A program made the translations under genes and the position numbers. This document shows positions 37,046 to 51,112 of a DNA stretch of 64,000 bases, piece after piece; position 1 is the stretch's first letter, and each line of letters starts with the position of its first letter. Source of the stretch: Mytilus californianus (Eukaryota). The stretch spans positions 54,622,001 through 54,686,000 of the forward strand of contig NW_026262593.1 in the NCBI RefSeq assembly GCF_021869535.1, read 5' to 3'. The notes under the pieces were generated by a model. That model saw only the letters and a list, made by a program, of their open reading frames with translations, did not search any database and was not told the origin of the DNA.

Positions 37046-37394
37046 ATACAATACACTTTATCGCTATTTATTCCAATCTGGGTAAGTTCTGAAATTACAT
37101 AACTTTTTCATAACGTATTAAACCAGTTAAAACTTTCTGGGTCCCTATATGTACAATATATTGTGCATAAAACTTTTCAAACAGATCTATCGAAACCATC
37201 GTAAACCCTTAAAGGAAGCAGCAAAAAATGGATCATAAACTATCAAACTTCAAAATTAATGTTCACCTTCTAAAATTTTCCCTCTCTCAGCTCATTACAG
37301 GTGACCTTTGTCTTCGCGACACTTGGCACGAACATGAAGTGGCTAAAGTGTCACTTTTTTTTCTGGATTTGACTAAATAGATATATGATGTATT
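37046..37394. mobile_element. MITE family A starting ~10 bp after the ALP stop codon
   Basis: Left TIR AATACACTTTATCGCTATT; degenerate right TIR near 37371-37394; colinear with the reverse complement of 8392-8756. Confidence 0.65.
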
Positions 37395-37538
37395 ATTGAT
37401 GAACTGCTGCATTTGTCGTCGGAATCAATATCAGCATTTTTGTGTTATATTATCATGATGTATTATAAAGCATTTAACTTTCCGTTCGATTCCTTTATTA
37501 CCATGACAGAAGAAATATGTCAAGTTCACAACTAATAA

Positions 37539-37736
37539 GAGGGGGGTGACACGCTTTCTGGATGCGGAATATAAGGGAGGGGGATTTCAGAATGTGGGAT
37601 ATTTGGGGTAATAAAGTGCGATTTGGGATATAGGGGGTGAAAAAGCTGATCTGGGCAACAAGAAAATAGTAGATGTGGGGAAAAGCAATTAAAAAAGCGG
37701 GATTTGCGAAATAAACACCGACGTGTCACCCACCTC
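37539..37736. mobile_element. GAGG-type MITE family 3
   Basis: GAGGGGGGTGACACG ... CGTGTCACCCACCTC; flanks TAATAA / TTATAA. Confidence 0.7.
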
Positions 37737-38829
37737 TTATAATTGTATTATTAATAAATCTTAAGTTATGGTGTGTGTTCTTCTTTAAAATGCCTAACAC
37801 CATTGTGTTAAAAAGTTACCAGTTTATAAATTATTTATTTATACTAAACTATGGTTTTTACTTCTTCAGACAACATATTTTAACCTGAGGCCGCGGGTTT
37901 TGGCATCTGTCTTGATCAACTTTAGGCCTGGTATCTTTTGTGAGTTTTTACTTCTATCTTAATCAATTTTAAGCCTGGTTTATACTTTGGCCTACCAGAT
38001 TAATTCAGTGGCTATATTTAGCTGCTCTAAGATACCTTCATGAACGCCTCCATGCACAGAAGAATCGTCAATTAATCATACTTAATTCGCTCGGGCATCA
38101 ATCAACATCCGGTTTTCTAGACGAGTTCTTATTGTTATAGGAATTCTGACCCTCAGGTAGCAATACACAGTTAGGAGTTTGGTTTCGCATTTTGGCCCCG
38201 GTGGATTTTTCATATATGAAAGTTATTGTGTAATAAAATTCATTTTTAGACAGCTGAGTACTAATTTAGCCTTCAAAGGTGGTTTATAAGAACATCAGAA
38301 TTATTTTTTACATGTTTTATGGGCTATTTTCTGTTTGACTCTCCGTATTTTCATAGCTAGACCGGTCATCGGTCCAGACATTAATGTAATGTTTACAAAC
38401 ACTTTTTTTCTACATGAAGTTTTTAACGCAATTTTACAAAAAAATGAGACGAAAGACATATGATTTTCATTGGATTTATTGAAAGATATATGTAAACAGT
38501 TTCAGAAAAGGTATTACTTGAAGTGATTGAAATTCTATTTTTGGTCAAATTTTGGGGAAATATGTCACATCTTTTCCCCCTTTTTGCTTTATTTTATAAC
38601 AAAAAAATGCAGATTGTTGCCATGGATACACCAAAAAGAAATTATATTTTACTTTTTTATATACTGGATATGAAATCTCTGGAAGATTCTGATTACATAC
38701 ATATACACATATATGACACAAACAGTAAGCTTAATATTGCAAGAAGGCAATGAAAAGGGGATGGTAAAATTTATGAGGGTAAATTTTAATATTTTTTCCT
38801 AACTGTTTATTGCTACCTCACAAGTAGCG

Positions 38830-39142
38830 GGAGAGATCGATTACGGGGAGGGACTGAATTATTCGGGTGAGGTTTTGGCTGTTCTGTTAAGACCTTTTTT
38901 ACATTTCTGACTCCTGCTTACTTTTGGTTTTAAGTGTACCTTAAGCCTTTGCCTTAAGCCACCACTTTGACTTAAAAACACTTGACTCGTTTAATTTCAT
39001 AAAATTTTGACAAAAAAATTTACTTTGACCTGTTGACAATAATATAAAAATTTCATAACATTTGAACCACAAAATTTCCATGAATAATTTCATTGGATAT
39101 ATAACCTGAATAATTCAGTCCCTCCCCGTAATCAATCTCTCC
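38830..39142. mobile_element. Element bounded by 39-bp inverted repeats
   Basis: GGAGAGATCGATTACGGGGAGGGACTGAATTATTCGGGT at 38830-38868, inverted at 39104-39142 with 2 mismatches. Confidence 0.7.
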
Positions 39143-39588
39143 TACGTGCGAGAACTTGTTAATGTAGTAATCGTAGATCAGCGGAATATAACAACTGAAT
39201 TATTCGGGTTATTTGATAAAAAGCAGTTTGACAAACACTACTTTTTACCAATGAGAATCTTTATTTCTCTTTACAAATAGTAGGTGATTAAGACGTTCAG
39301 CTGATTTTAAAGAGGTAACTCGCTTAGTGTTCTGTACCGATATATTCCAGGAGCATATGTTGCGTTAACGGCATCACGTTTCATATGTATTCCCATTACC
39401 ATTATTTAAATTACAGATAATGTGTACAGAACCGAACTCACCTTTTTAATATAGACGAAGTAATCACGAATTAAACGGTACCAAACTATACCTTTCCTAT
39501 CTGTTTTGCCTTGCAATAAACCATTGTATTGTGTTGATCTATCACTTTATTAAGTTTGAATACTACTGGGCATCCATGAAGCAAAGAC

Positions 39589-39912
39589 ATAAGTCTGAAT
39601 GGGGTTTACAGAATAAGGAATTATGGGCCGAATGTATCAACAACAAAACATCAACCAAAAAATAAAGATTAGAGAAAAATAGGGTAAAAAAATAAAAATA
39701 ATTAATAATGGGGTGCTAAAATATTAAGAATAGAGAAGAACGGGCAAAAAATATAAAAGAGAAAAATCGGGTTAGAAATTAAATAAATAGAGAATATTGG
39801 GATGCTAAAATATAAAGTGTTAGAGAGAAATGGGCAAAAAATATAAAACATAGAGAAAAATCAATTCAGATATTTAAGAATACAAAAATGAAGGGCCCAA
39901 ATCCAGACCCTC
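39589..39912. mobile_element. GAGG-type MITE family 1, eroded left end
   Basis: TCTGAATGGGG ... AATCCAGACCCTC with the family's purine-rich subrepeats. Confidence 0.6.
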
Positions 39913-40431
39913 ATAAGAGTCATGAAATTAAGACTGGACAGCTGTCTGTTTTTCTATAAAATAAATATCAGGTTTAGGTATACGAACTCCGGAATAGTAG
40001 TAAAGTAGTTCAGCGCTGATTAGGAGTTTAGGTCCGATATTCAAATAACATTATCTTCCTCCTTTACAATCAATCGATATAGTCGTGCATTTGGTTTTGT
40101 CAGATGCTATTGACTTCTCCCTTTTTTAATTTATTTTGGAGTTCGATATTTATGTTAATACCTTTTTTTTTCGCTATGAACAATCATATATTTTACTCAG
40201 TGTATAGTGAGAAATTATAAATTGAAAAAGTTTTAAGCCTCGTAGTACTAAAATTGACATGATTCCGGCCATGAATAGTTTAATGAAAAAAAATTGCAAA
40301 GGCCTTAAACTTACCTATATATAATATATTGAAGGAAGAGCATTAATACTTAAGCAGTTTTAATCATTTATTTTACCCTACCAGAGAAATTTAGAAAATT
40401 GGTGATAAAATTGGATCCCAAGATATCACAT

Positions 40432-41063
40432 TCACAATTCTGTTTCTTTGCCAGTCCGTTCTAACCAATTAAACGTCTTTATGACGTCACCATGTTTATA
40501 TTGCACTAATCCGGTTCGTCCTTTAGAGTAAAACAGACATGTCTCACATGAACAGTTCTGGATTTTTGAATTTGGATTGCAATCTATTAATCTAGGAGAC
40601 ATAATTTCACATAGACTACAACATGTACAACTTTTCTGACCTTTCGATAAAGGCCGAGGCGTAACGTCGCACATACCTGGTAACCCAGGATCCATAGAAT
40701 TATTGATCGAAGAATCCAGTTCATCGGGATCAAAAACTGGTACTCGATTCAATTCTTTTGCATTATTGTTTGATTTTACTGGTATCCGACGAGGCAGTGT
40801 GCTAAATCGTGTTTCTTTACACTCGCTTACTTGAATCAGTTGGCAAGTTCCAACATGCATTGACTTGGACTTTCGGATATTTGATGGTTTTGGATGGCGG
40901 ATGTGTACTTCACTATCGTCTTTAATTGCGATCGGTTCCTCGCTTGATGAATCAGAGGTTGAAGTATATCCCGGAAGCATGAATCGACTGTTGAATGATG
41001 AACACAAACTTTTTGGACAAGAACTAGCAGATAAAACACGCCGTTGATGTTGCCTCATTGTAG
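40432..41063 (-). CDS. Uncharacterised protein, terminal exon (Ser-rich, C-terminal Cys cluster)
   Basis: 632-nt open exon after acceptor TATTTTCAG; phase 1 fits the upstream exon; ends in TGA. Confidence 0.8.
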
Positions 41064-41751
41064 CTGAAAATATAACATGTGACTCTTGAATAATAATTCA
41101 ATACGAATCTGTACTCTTTGTATGTAGGTCATACTACCTCGTTTATTGAAATGAAAAGCAAGAGTGGTAGGCAAATATAAAACTTTACCATTTATTTCTT
41201 TGATGTACTTATACTTTATTTCGATATAATCATGGAAATTGGTTAAAATTATGTTCAGCAGGAGAAATTAAAAAAATTAAGGAAATATATTATTTGAATA
41301 TTCGACATGGTTATTTTCAGGTTAAATTTCTGTTTTTATATTTTTTTCTGGACGTATTTTTGTTAAATGTTTCTTTTCTTTGCCAATCGGGTTGTCTGTC
41401 TTTCTTTCAAGTATGTTTTTTTAATTGATTGCCACCCCCTTTTTATGTATTCTTTAAATCTTTCAACAAGTTCATTGCAGCAACAAATACTTATTCCCAT
41501 CAAACGGTAATAAATGGTATTAAATTAGAATGCTGAAGACCGACATTACTCTTTGGAATCGCTACATAGCTGGCCATGGTTTTATTGGAAGTATTGATAC
41601 TGTACAAAAACAAGGAGATGTATAATAGCCAATGAAACAATTATCCACTAGAGATCAAAGGATGTAGATGCAAGCAACTATGATCACCGTGCATTTATTT
41701 TTATAAAGGTTGAAACTTCACAAAAAAATATTAACAAATTGTAAAACTCAC

Positions 41752-41989
41752 ATGGCGGTGCTTCGGATGGCATAAAATGTGTTGGTTTGACAATATCTTC
41801 GTCATTTACACCTGGTATCCATGTTCCTCTGGGAACCGGTCGTGTAGACTGATTTTTCAGTAATATTTTATTGGCTTTCCGGGATCTGTACGGAGCTTTT
41901 CCGTATGGAATAGGCACATGTGAAGCCTTGTTCAAATCTTGAACAGCACTGTCACTTGACGTTCGTTTCAAGTCAACAACTTTTCGTAA
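41752..41989 (-). CDS. Uncharacterised protein, middle exon
   Basis: TTTGTAG acceptor and GTGAGT donor; 238 nt open, phase 0 to 1; LRKVVDLKRTSSDSAVQ...PSEAPP. Confidence 0.8.
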
Positions 41990-43375
41990 CTACAAATATA
42001 AAAAAAATGAATAACACAAATCTACTTAATTATTTATAAAAAAAAAACATCTGCATATGATCAAACCTCAGTCTTTTTATTCACACATATTATCATAGAT
42101 TTTATTAGATTTATAATGATCTGCTGATATATAACAAAATGTCTGTCTCGTATTAATCCCGGATACATGATACAATGCCATCAACAGTGCAGATAAAAGG
42201 GACTTTTGCAGAATTGCTAAATTTTATTTGTAAACAGAATATGGAAAATATGTGAATCGACATTAATCGGACAGAATGGGCTTTTCTGCTTGTCAAACTC
42301 AAAAGGAGCACACAGCTGATCGTAATTCTTGATTTCCTCTTGTGAATCTTAAAATGATGTGTTTCTCAATTTTCTAACTGTTGAGAAATTAAATATGATG
42401 TTTAAAAACGCATAAATATTTGACTGACACATTAAAGTTATATAGGAATCGAATTTACGTACATGAAGATTAACTCTTTGTTCGATGTTTTTTTTAATAG
42501 ACAAGCTACTTAACAAGGTAAATAAAGCATCCACTTTTCTGGTGATCGAACACTCCACTACAAACAATTTTGTTCTAGAAATGTATCCCTTAATTTCTGT
42601 TGGCGATAGACCATGGATTTTTTTAACCGTGGTGGACTGTTGGATTCGCTAAGAATTGCTCATAGATTGAGTTCAAACGATGCAACCAATTTAAGCATAG
42701 TACTATGAAGATAATTTTGATAACAATTATTTTACAGCAAAAATTCAGGAAAACAAGAGGAGATACAACACTCTAAAACCATTTTTCTCTGAACTAACTA
42801 GATGAAAAAGCTTTTATAATCCAATGGGAATATGGATATAGAACAGTGTAGGTTTGACAAAAACTCGTAGAGTGTACAAATCTCGTATAATAGTTGTATA
42901 GGGAGCTAGATCATTGCAATTGGATATCAAATATATAGCTATCTCCATTTATTATAAAAAATAGACTTATAACACTATAAGATTCACACGACGATTTATT
43001 GATAACATTACAACTGAATTTGAAATATCATCGTTATTGTTTGAAACCTTGTAGAATGACGAGGAAACATTGCAGGGATCATATTCATATTACCTTAACA
43101 TTCGTATTGGTTTACATGTAATAGTTGCCACTGGACGTTAAATTGCAATGCAATATGACCATTATTTGAGTCAAACAGTTTAGATAATCTCGACCGAGTA
43201 CGGCAGGTTGTTGGTGCGATATAAGAGTAACAGTTGGTTCTCATAGAAATTCCGGTCACTCCACGCACGCTTTCTCGAAAAAAAATGTATGCTTAACACT
43301 ACAGTTGTCATGTATCCAAGCAGTACGCATGCCCGTCCTAAACATACCCTTTCCTTTATTTGATTATTGACTTAC

Positions 43376-43429
43376 TCTGTTAAAGCATGCTTTTGGAGAC
43401 TCCATATTGGTTTCAGTCCAAGCGTCCAT
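43376..43429 (-). CDS. Uncharacterised protein, probable first coding exon
   Basis: ATG..MDAWTETNMESPKACFNR with phase-0 donor GTAAGT. The frame is open back to an acceptor at 43466, so the true start could be further upstream. Confidence 0.6.
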
Positions 43430-46394
43430 AATATGTTTACAATCACTTTTACTACATAACTGGTATCTGTAAAATAAAACAAAAATGTTTTAGGGGGGCA
43501 CAGAACATCTAAGGAAGTTAACCCTAAAAATCAGCTGAACGTGTTATAATAAGTAAAAAGAAATCAAGATTCTCAACGATCAAAGTGTTGGATACCCCCC
43601 TTTAAGACGGAATCGATTAATCGTTGGGTTTTAACGTCATTTTCATCACTCTTAGCTATATTGTTGCGGCCAGTTTTGAATGGCAGAGGAAGCTCGGGGA
43701 GAATCACCGACCTCCGACAGGAAAACTGGCAATCGAACGTACGTACCTATCACGTGCCAGGTTTAAACTCACACCATCAGGGTTGTTAAGACAGAAAAAT
43801 ACTAAAGGAACAATAAAAAGTCATAGTTCGAAGAAGTATGAACAACACAATGCCCCAAAAGAAGGAAAGGGGGCTACATCAAAAGCCTTATGAGAACAAG
43901 GACGTAACAGGCTTAGGAGCCATGCATAAAAGATCTGATACAAAAGTTAATACATGAACCAGAGTTTAATTCTAATTCTGCGACTATTATAACAAAAAAA
44001 AAATCTAACGAGACAAACAACTTGTTAGTCATGACCATTTGAGTATAACTTACGATTAATTTCAGTCGTAACTTGTGACATCCTTTGCGAAAAAAAAGCG
44101 AAAAAAATGCCCCTGATTCTATCGCCAAAAAAATAAGCATAACACAACTTCATTATAGTAAGGGTTTTTAACGAATGTACGTTATTGTATAGATTTTGTT
44201 AAATATGTTTTAAGGTACTAACCATTCGTATTTTAGTGGAGGACTTGGGGCGTGTTTTTTATCGGGACCCATCAATTCAATACCGCTCCCCCAAAACTCA
44301 AACCACACTTGAAAAGATGAATGGTTTGTGCCTGAGTGCTTAAGTTCTTTAGAATATTAATTATCATGTTTTTGTTGTATATATGCTTCTAACGGATATT
44401 TTACAAATCATTGAAATAAGGTATGTCTAAATGTTCGACGATAGATTTTCTCAAACGTCTGTAAAAGACTTCTGGGGCAATGTACTTTCAAATTTCAATA
44501 TAAAGTCTGGGGTCACAGACCTTGTTTTTTTCTTTAAAATACATTGAAATTAATGAAATCACAGCTATTTTATATGGGTTATATAGGGGAAAATATGGGA
44601 AAATAGGTTTCCCCTATTGAGGAAACAATAAACGATAGAATTGCTTAAAATTCAATGAGAGAATAGCTTTTCATAAAAACTTCCAAATTATCAGACAATA
44701 ATAGGGGGTCGCGGGCCATATTTTCTTGAACATTACATAAAAAACACGATTTGTAGTTTCAATTTCAATATAATGGTATGCCCTTGTTTTTTAAAGGAAT
44801 TTTGGTAAATTTTAAATACACGCGATTCTTAATTTTTCATAGCTGAATCTTAAATTTTCAAGTTTTAGATGTTTCTATTGTTTTTTTTATTGATACTTGG
44901 TAAAATATTTTTAAACCAAACAAGTCTTTTTGCAACATGCCCAGAAAAAATACTCAGAAAAAGACAACCGATCTACCTTAAGCACAAATTAAGGCCAATA
45001 AACAATGATGAAGGGTAATATACAGGTACAACAACAAATACAATGATACACAGACAACAAATACATATAAAGTCTACACAGACAACAATAATATCTGGTA
45101 CAAATGAAAATTGAATTAGCTTAGGTTAAACATATTTTATTTGCAAGAATAGCAAAACGGGATTGGAAACATCATTAGAGATGTTCTCTCTCTGCCTCCT
45201 GCATGTCAGCAGTGTTAGTATTTTCTTAAAAAGAACCATGTTATGTCACTTGTTTATTGATTTCGATGTTTAGGTTTTGTGTTATGTGTTCTTCTAATGG
45301 ATAAAAACCTATTTAAATTAACTTTTTGTAAACATTTTCCCAGATTTTCATTTAGATTACAATAAAAAAGAAACAAATTAATAAGATTGCTCGACAGGGC
45401 TAGTATGATTTAAACAAACAAATTCATGCAAGTACATTGTGTAGGAGACGAATTGAAATCGAGACCACCCATCAGCGAATGTGTTGGAAGGAAATTATAT
45501 TTCTAGTCCTCCTTCGACAGCAGAACTTCGAAAATATGTTCGTGTTCAGGGTAACTTTGTGATCAACTTGATTGTCCATACACATCACAGACAACAAATA
45601 CTCATTTGCATTTTGAAATTAGAGTCTTTACTAATGTATAGCCATAGCGTGCACTCCTTAACTTTTTAATCGACAATTTTGAGATCGACACCATATACTT
45701 GTCGGAATCTACTCCGATCTTGTTTATTGTAAAACGAAGCTTACCAATCTCCGAAACTACGGCTCAAATAATTTGATGAATGCGAACTGCATATCGAGTT
45801 CATTGAGAGGTCATGTATGTACTACATATTCATATACATGTTTTAGATGCACTTAATTGACTTTTTTTCATAACTTATTTAAATATTGGTTTTTGAAATG
45901 TTTTCTTTTTTTATAAATAATGTAAACAACATTTTGAATTTTTAAATGTTTTATCTAATGTTCAATTAAAATTTTATAATTGAATACTTTACATTAATTT
46001 CTCCCAAAATCTGAATAAACTACAATAAGATATTTTTATAAGAAGTTCGTGTTTATATTTCATATTACCTTTATCTAAAATCGTAAAACTTTTAAATTCT
46101 TACTAATTAAGCAGGTGGATTTTAGTTTAGAATTTTCGAGTGTTAAATTGCGTTCAAATTCAGTTTTTATTACGATTGTCAAAATAATTGTGATCGTGTA
46201 AAGCTTTCAAAATTTAAATCGATCGATTGACAAGTAAGCGTCCAGTGAAAAATATTGCATGCATTTTTGTTTAGGGGCCAGCTGAGGCCCGAATTTAACG
46301 TCCAGTGGAAAATATTACATACATATTAATACAAGATGATATGAGTATGAACCGTACCTTGTATAGAACTGAACGTTGAAACGGATTTTAAACG

Positions 46395-46735
46395 TGATAG
46401 GTTAGGAGGAGGGTTGGCGCCATCAAAAGTAATTCAACACTGCCACAACCTGTATGTGCCTGTCCCAAGTCAGGAGCCTGTCATTCAGTAGTTGTCGTTT
46501 GTTGCTGTATATCATATTTGTTTTTCGTTCATTATTTTGTACACAAATCAGACCGTTAATTTCTTGTTTGAATTGATTTACATTTGTTATTCTGGGCCTT
46601 TTATAGCTGACTATGCGTTGTGGGTTTTTACATTGTTGAAGGCCGTACGGTGATATATAGTTATCAATTTCTATAACATTTATTTTTTTGTGGATAGTTG
46701 TCTCATTGACAATCGTACCACATCTTCTTATTTTC
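46395..46735. repeat. Interspersed repeat family B, near full length
   Basis: Aligns with 36030-36390. Confidence 0.75.
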
Positions 46736-48535
46736 ATAGTTCACAACGTTACATGTCCCTCTATACGGACGCACTATTTTAACTCAGAGCCAACCAGTCT
46801 TTGCTCTTACATCATTGAAACAGAGTACACATACTACGTTCCAGATGGTTGCTGTAATATTGTAAGCGTACTTTTATTCCGGCGTGTAGATTTTCAGAAG
46901 AGTAAATTTACACTAGTGTTGTCTTTACATAAATCAGTGGGAGACAAAACAAACACACAGATAAATTTTGTTTATTTTGATAACCACAGATTTATTTTTT
47001 CATGCATGCACTTGGTAATTTCTTGACATCACTTGTTGTCTCTCATTGTCTTATTTTCTTGAAGAATAACTTCAGTCAGATGCAGATAACATAAATTGAT
47101 ATACCTGTATTTGTGTATTTTTTTCAAGATAAATTACACTAGTGTATAATTTCCACATGATAAATAATTTTTTCATGCTGATTTTGCTTTTTTTCAACCC
47201 CCAAAAATAAGCATGCCCCCTTTTTTTTTACTAGTCCCCCCTCTAAAAAACTCTTTTAAAAGTGTTTTGGATGCACATCTTAACAAAGGATAATTTACAC
47301 TAGGCATGGAAAAAGTAACCTGGTGCAATAATTCCTCTGGAAAATATACACTAGTGTAGCTTGTCCTCTGAAAAAAATACTCTGGTGGAAGGAATACACT
47401 GTTACGGTATCGGTTATGACCAGAAGGTCCAACGCCAGATCCAATACACTTAATTTACGTATGCCAACTTTGATATATACTAAACACTATTCATATATTA
47501 CCCAAAATTGTATAAAATAACTGTTAATTTAAATAATAAAAATGTTTAACTCAATTACTCTTTTAAATCCATATATTTTTTAAATGACAGTTTGTCAAAA
47601 GCTTTGTATTTATAAAAAAGAGAGTTATTTAACAAATTTTACAATAGATTTCAATGATATTCTTAAACGCAGTGCAGTTAATATGAAGTATAATGCATGG
47701 CTATTATATCTATGGTTCAACGAATGATCTGTTATGTAATAGTATTTAATATTATTCACTTTAAATTATATAGATGGTAATAGACTTATATTCAAGCGTT
47801 TGTATACAATATGATCCATGAGTCTTATGTAGACGATACACACCCGTCTGGCGTACCAGATCATAATGCCTTTGATGAGTTTTTTTTATATCAAATATTT
47901 AAGAATTATGAGACAAAGGATATAAGAAGGGGAATAGGACATTTTAGCGAAAATAAAAAAATCACATAGGGTCTTTTGAGCGCCGACATCATAGGACATT
48001 TTAGCGCCGGAATATTAACCTTATCTGGATTTTCAAATAGGAAGTTTGAGCGAAATTTCCTGTGATACTTTAATATGAATTAAGAAAACATTTTTTAAAA
48101 AGTAAGAAAAAAGAATAAGTTTTTAAAATAAATATATTTAATTTGACTTTACCCGAGTAATTTGACCGGTTCTGGCTATATAATGGTAGTGAAGTCCTGA
48201 GTTAATCTACTTACCAATCAATATTCTTCTATAATAATTCTTATTACAATCTGTGACTTACATCAACATTTGGAGTTTGAATATTGATGTACCTCAGAAT
48301 CTCCTAGACTTGCATTCGCGGTACTGCCAGCAGGAAATAACGAGGGTTCTTTTTTTTATGTCAGAAGCCTAGGATTTAAAATTCCAAGCCCGAACTAACT
48401 TGTAAATAATGCCATTGCCAAGTTTTAAGTTTTATGACAGAGCTTTGTTTTTACAATTAAAAAATGTTTTAAACTTTATACGTTACAAACTCCTCATTTT
48501 AAGAAATAAATCCTGCTCAGAATCATACTTCTACC

Positions 48536-48660
48536 TAGTCCAAATAATTATGACGTCTTGAAATGCTATTTTATTTTTTTTCTATGACGGACGTCGTAGG
48601 AAGGCGTCACAGAAAAAAAAATTAAAATAGCCTTTCAAGACGTCATAATTATTTGGACTA
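48536..48660. mobile_element. 125-bp foldback MITE with perfect 9-bp TSD
   Basis: ~55-bp arms starting TAGTCCAAATAATTATGACGTCTTGAAA; ACTTCTACC at 48527-48535 and 48661-48669. Confidence 0.85.
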
Positions 48661-50923
48661 ACTTCTACCTTCCCGTGGTGAGCAGGAGTAGCAGATTATA
48701 TCTGGCGAACGGAAGAGGTTCTACATTGTACTTCATCATTCTTAATATCTAAAAAGAAAATTTTTCGATCAGGAAACTTGTAAATAATTTTATATGTGCC
48801 ATTTGTGATGCATCTTTTAGTAAGTATAGGAACTTCAAAGAGAAGTTCCTGATCTCACATTTAAATATACACAATTCATTGAATGAGGGAAAAGGGAAGA
48901 TAGGGGGTGTTTAAATTTAAACAGATACTTTTTATTTCTCAAAAAACCTCTGTTGGTTATGATAGGTAATGTTAACATTCGCGAGCATAGATATGAAATA
49001 GTGTGAAAACTTAAAAATATTTTATTGTTTTAAGTACATTCTGTGGTCTGTGATTTATACAACGGTTGTATGTTTGTAATGGAATGTTTTGAAAAAGTAA
49101 ATTTTATTTAAGGAGATTGTTTTAAAGAAAAAAATCCATTCAAGTATATAACATAAGAACTATAGCTAAAAAAACAGCATGAGCAAGAAAAATGAAATAT
49201 CACAAAATAGTCCTGCAATCGAAACATTTTTCTTACCTATGAGTCTTAATTTCATGATAAGAGATTTTTATTGACGACACATTTCAATGATTTCACGTTT
49301 TCAAATATCAAATATCATTTTTATACTATTTTCGTACTTGTATTCTTTATTCGGATTTTAAAAGTTGGTTATCGGCTGTACCATCGTATATGCAAAGAAG
49401 ATTCCTGAAACATGTTAGTTGTGCAATATAATCGGCAGCTGTGCATTTAACGTTAACGCTTAAAAATTTCGAATTTTGATATGGTATTGAGTTAATATAA
49501 ATTTTGAATATTATAAACCAAGAATAAAATTTTCTAGTTTTCAAATGTTAAGTTTTGAAATTTAAATTCATCAGGTATATAACTGTCAAAAATTCAAATG
49601 TGAAAAGTTTTGAGATTTAGTATAGAAAATTTTTTTTTTTTTTTTAATTTAAGCAAGATTTCAATATAACATAATTTTTTCTTACAAAATATAGAAATGA
49701 AAAAAAAAAATACTCTAAACTATTATGAAATGCTAATTCGTTAAACGTTACTCTGACGGACATTTGTAATTGAAAATGTATCAGAATTACTGCACCGGAA
49801 ATTCTCAAATATTAGTGCGCACACGTGCTTTTCACTTTATCCCTTAAAAGTACCATCTCGGAAGTTAACAAATACAAGGTGAAACAATTGCATTTCTTTT
49901 CCATACCAAATTGGATGCATTAACTATTGCTAAAATAGGGTCTATACCTGGCGTTATGAATATGTTTCCTTGGTGTAGATTTTCTGTCTTCATCTTTTTC
50001 CATGGCAAATAGTAACATTATACCAAATTCTTTACTTTTATAAGCTCCACAATTAAAATGTATTTGACCATTTAATTACAACTGCCCCGTCACGTAAATC
50101 AATCATAAATGAAATGTATCGCTGATTAAAAACTGATTACAGGTAAGAAAGTTTCAATACACATCACGGAGGTATTTAATTTTAATTTCTTTACTCCATT
50201 GTTGATTTACGATATTCATTTCAAACTCTCTGACTGGATTTGAAAATAAAATACAGAAAATAATTCTGTTCTTATAATCAAAAATATCCGTTAAATTATC
50301 AAATTAAATTTAGAATATTGAGGCTAATGATCAAATTCGTTGTAAAATGCAATAAAGGTAGAAAATTAGTGCCAATAATTACCCCTAATTTAAGGTTAAC
50401 CACCTTTAAAGGTTAATTTCATTTGTTGGAATCATTTAATGTTCATTTTTTTAACAGGAGAGAAAAATTAACATACTGTAACAAACATACAGTTACACCA
50501 TGTAGACCAAATATTTTAAAGTGTAGATTATTGATGTCATCAAAAATGAAAGCAAAGCTTATTAAAGTTTGCAAATTTATTAAAATCATAAATAAATCTG
50601 TGTGTACTTCAGGCTTAATCTAGTGTGAAGACATCTCTATTTTTTTGTTGTTAATACAATGTCTTGTACTAATTGTATTTTATCAATTATTGTATATATT
50701 TTCCATATGTATTTTACTTTACCTTGTGAAAATAATGGTTTAATTATTGAAAAAAAAGATATGCGTATCCTATAAAAAAATGAAGTGTTCACTAATTATT
50801 ATTTGTACATTATACGACTGGATTATGGTATGTTATAAGGGTCTGGATAATATTAAAGTCTATGAAGCAACCCATGAAAAAGAATTAACATTGAAGTGAT
50901 TTCTGTTAATGGAAACAGTTTTC

Positions 50924-50925
<2 letters not shown>

Positions 50926-50967
<42 letters not shown>

Positions 50968-51112
50968 TTAGTCTTGATTTTCTACAAATTTAAACATGCA
51001 GGTTAGTATATTTTCAGTAATAAATGAAAGAGATATATATATAAGTTAGTCTTGATTTTCTACAAATTTAAACATGCAGGTTAGTATATTTTCAGTAATA
51101 AATGAAAGAGAT
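50926..51112. repeat. (TA)20 microsatellite followed by a 78-bp direct duplication
   Basis: TA run 50926-50965; the unit AAGTTAGTCTTG...AAATGAAAGAG occurs twice with period 78. Confidence 0.85.

Noticed and set aside
45440-45669. 62-aa ORF with a protein-like start
   Set aside because: No consistent acceptor/donor partner or homology; cannot be linked to any gene model.
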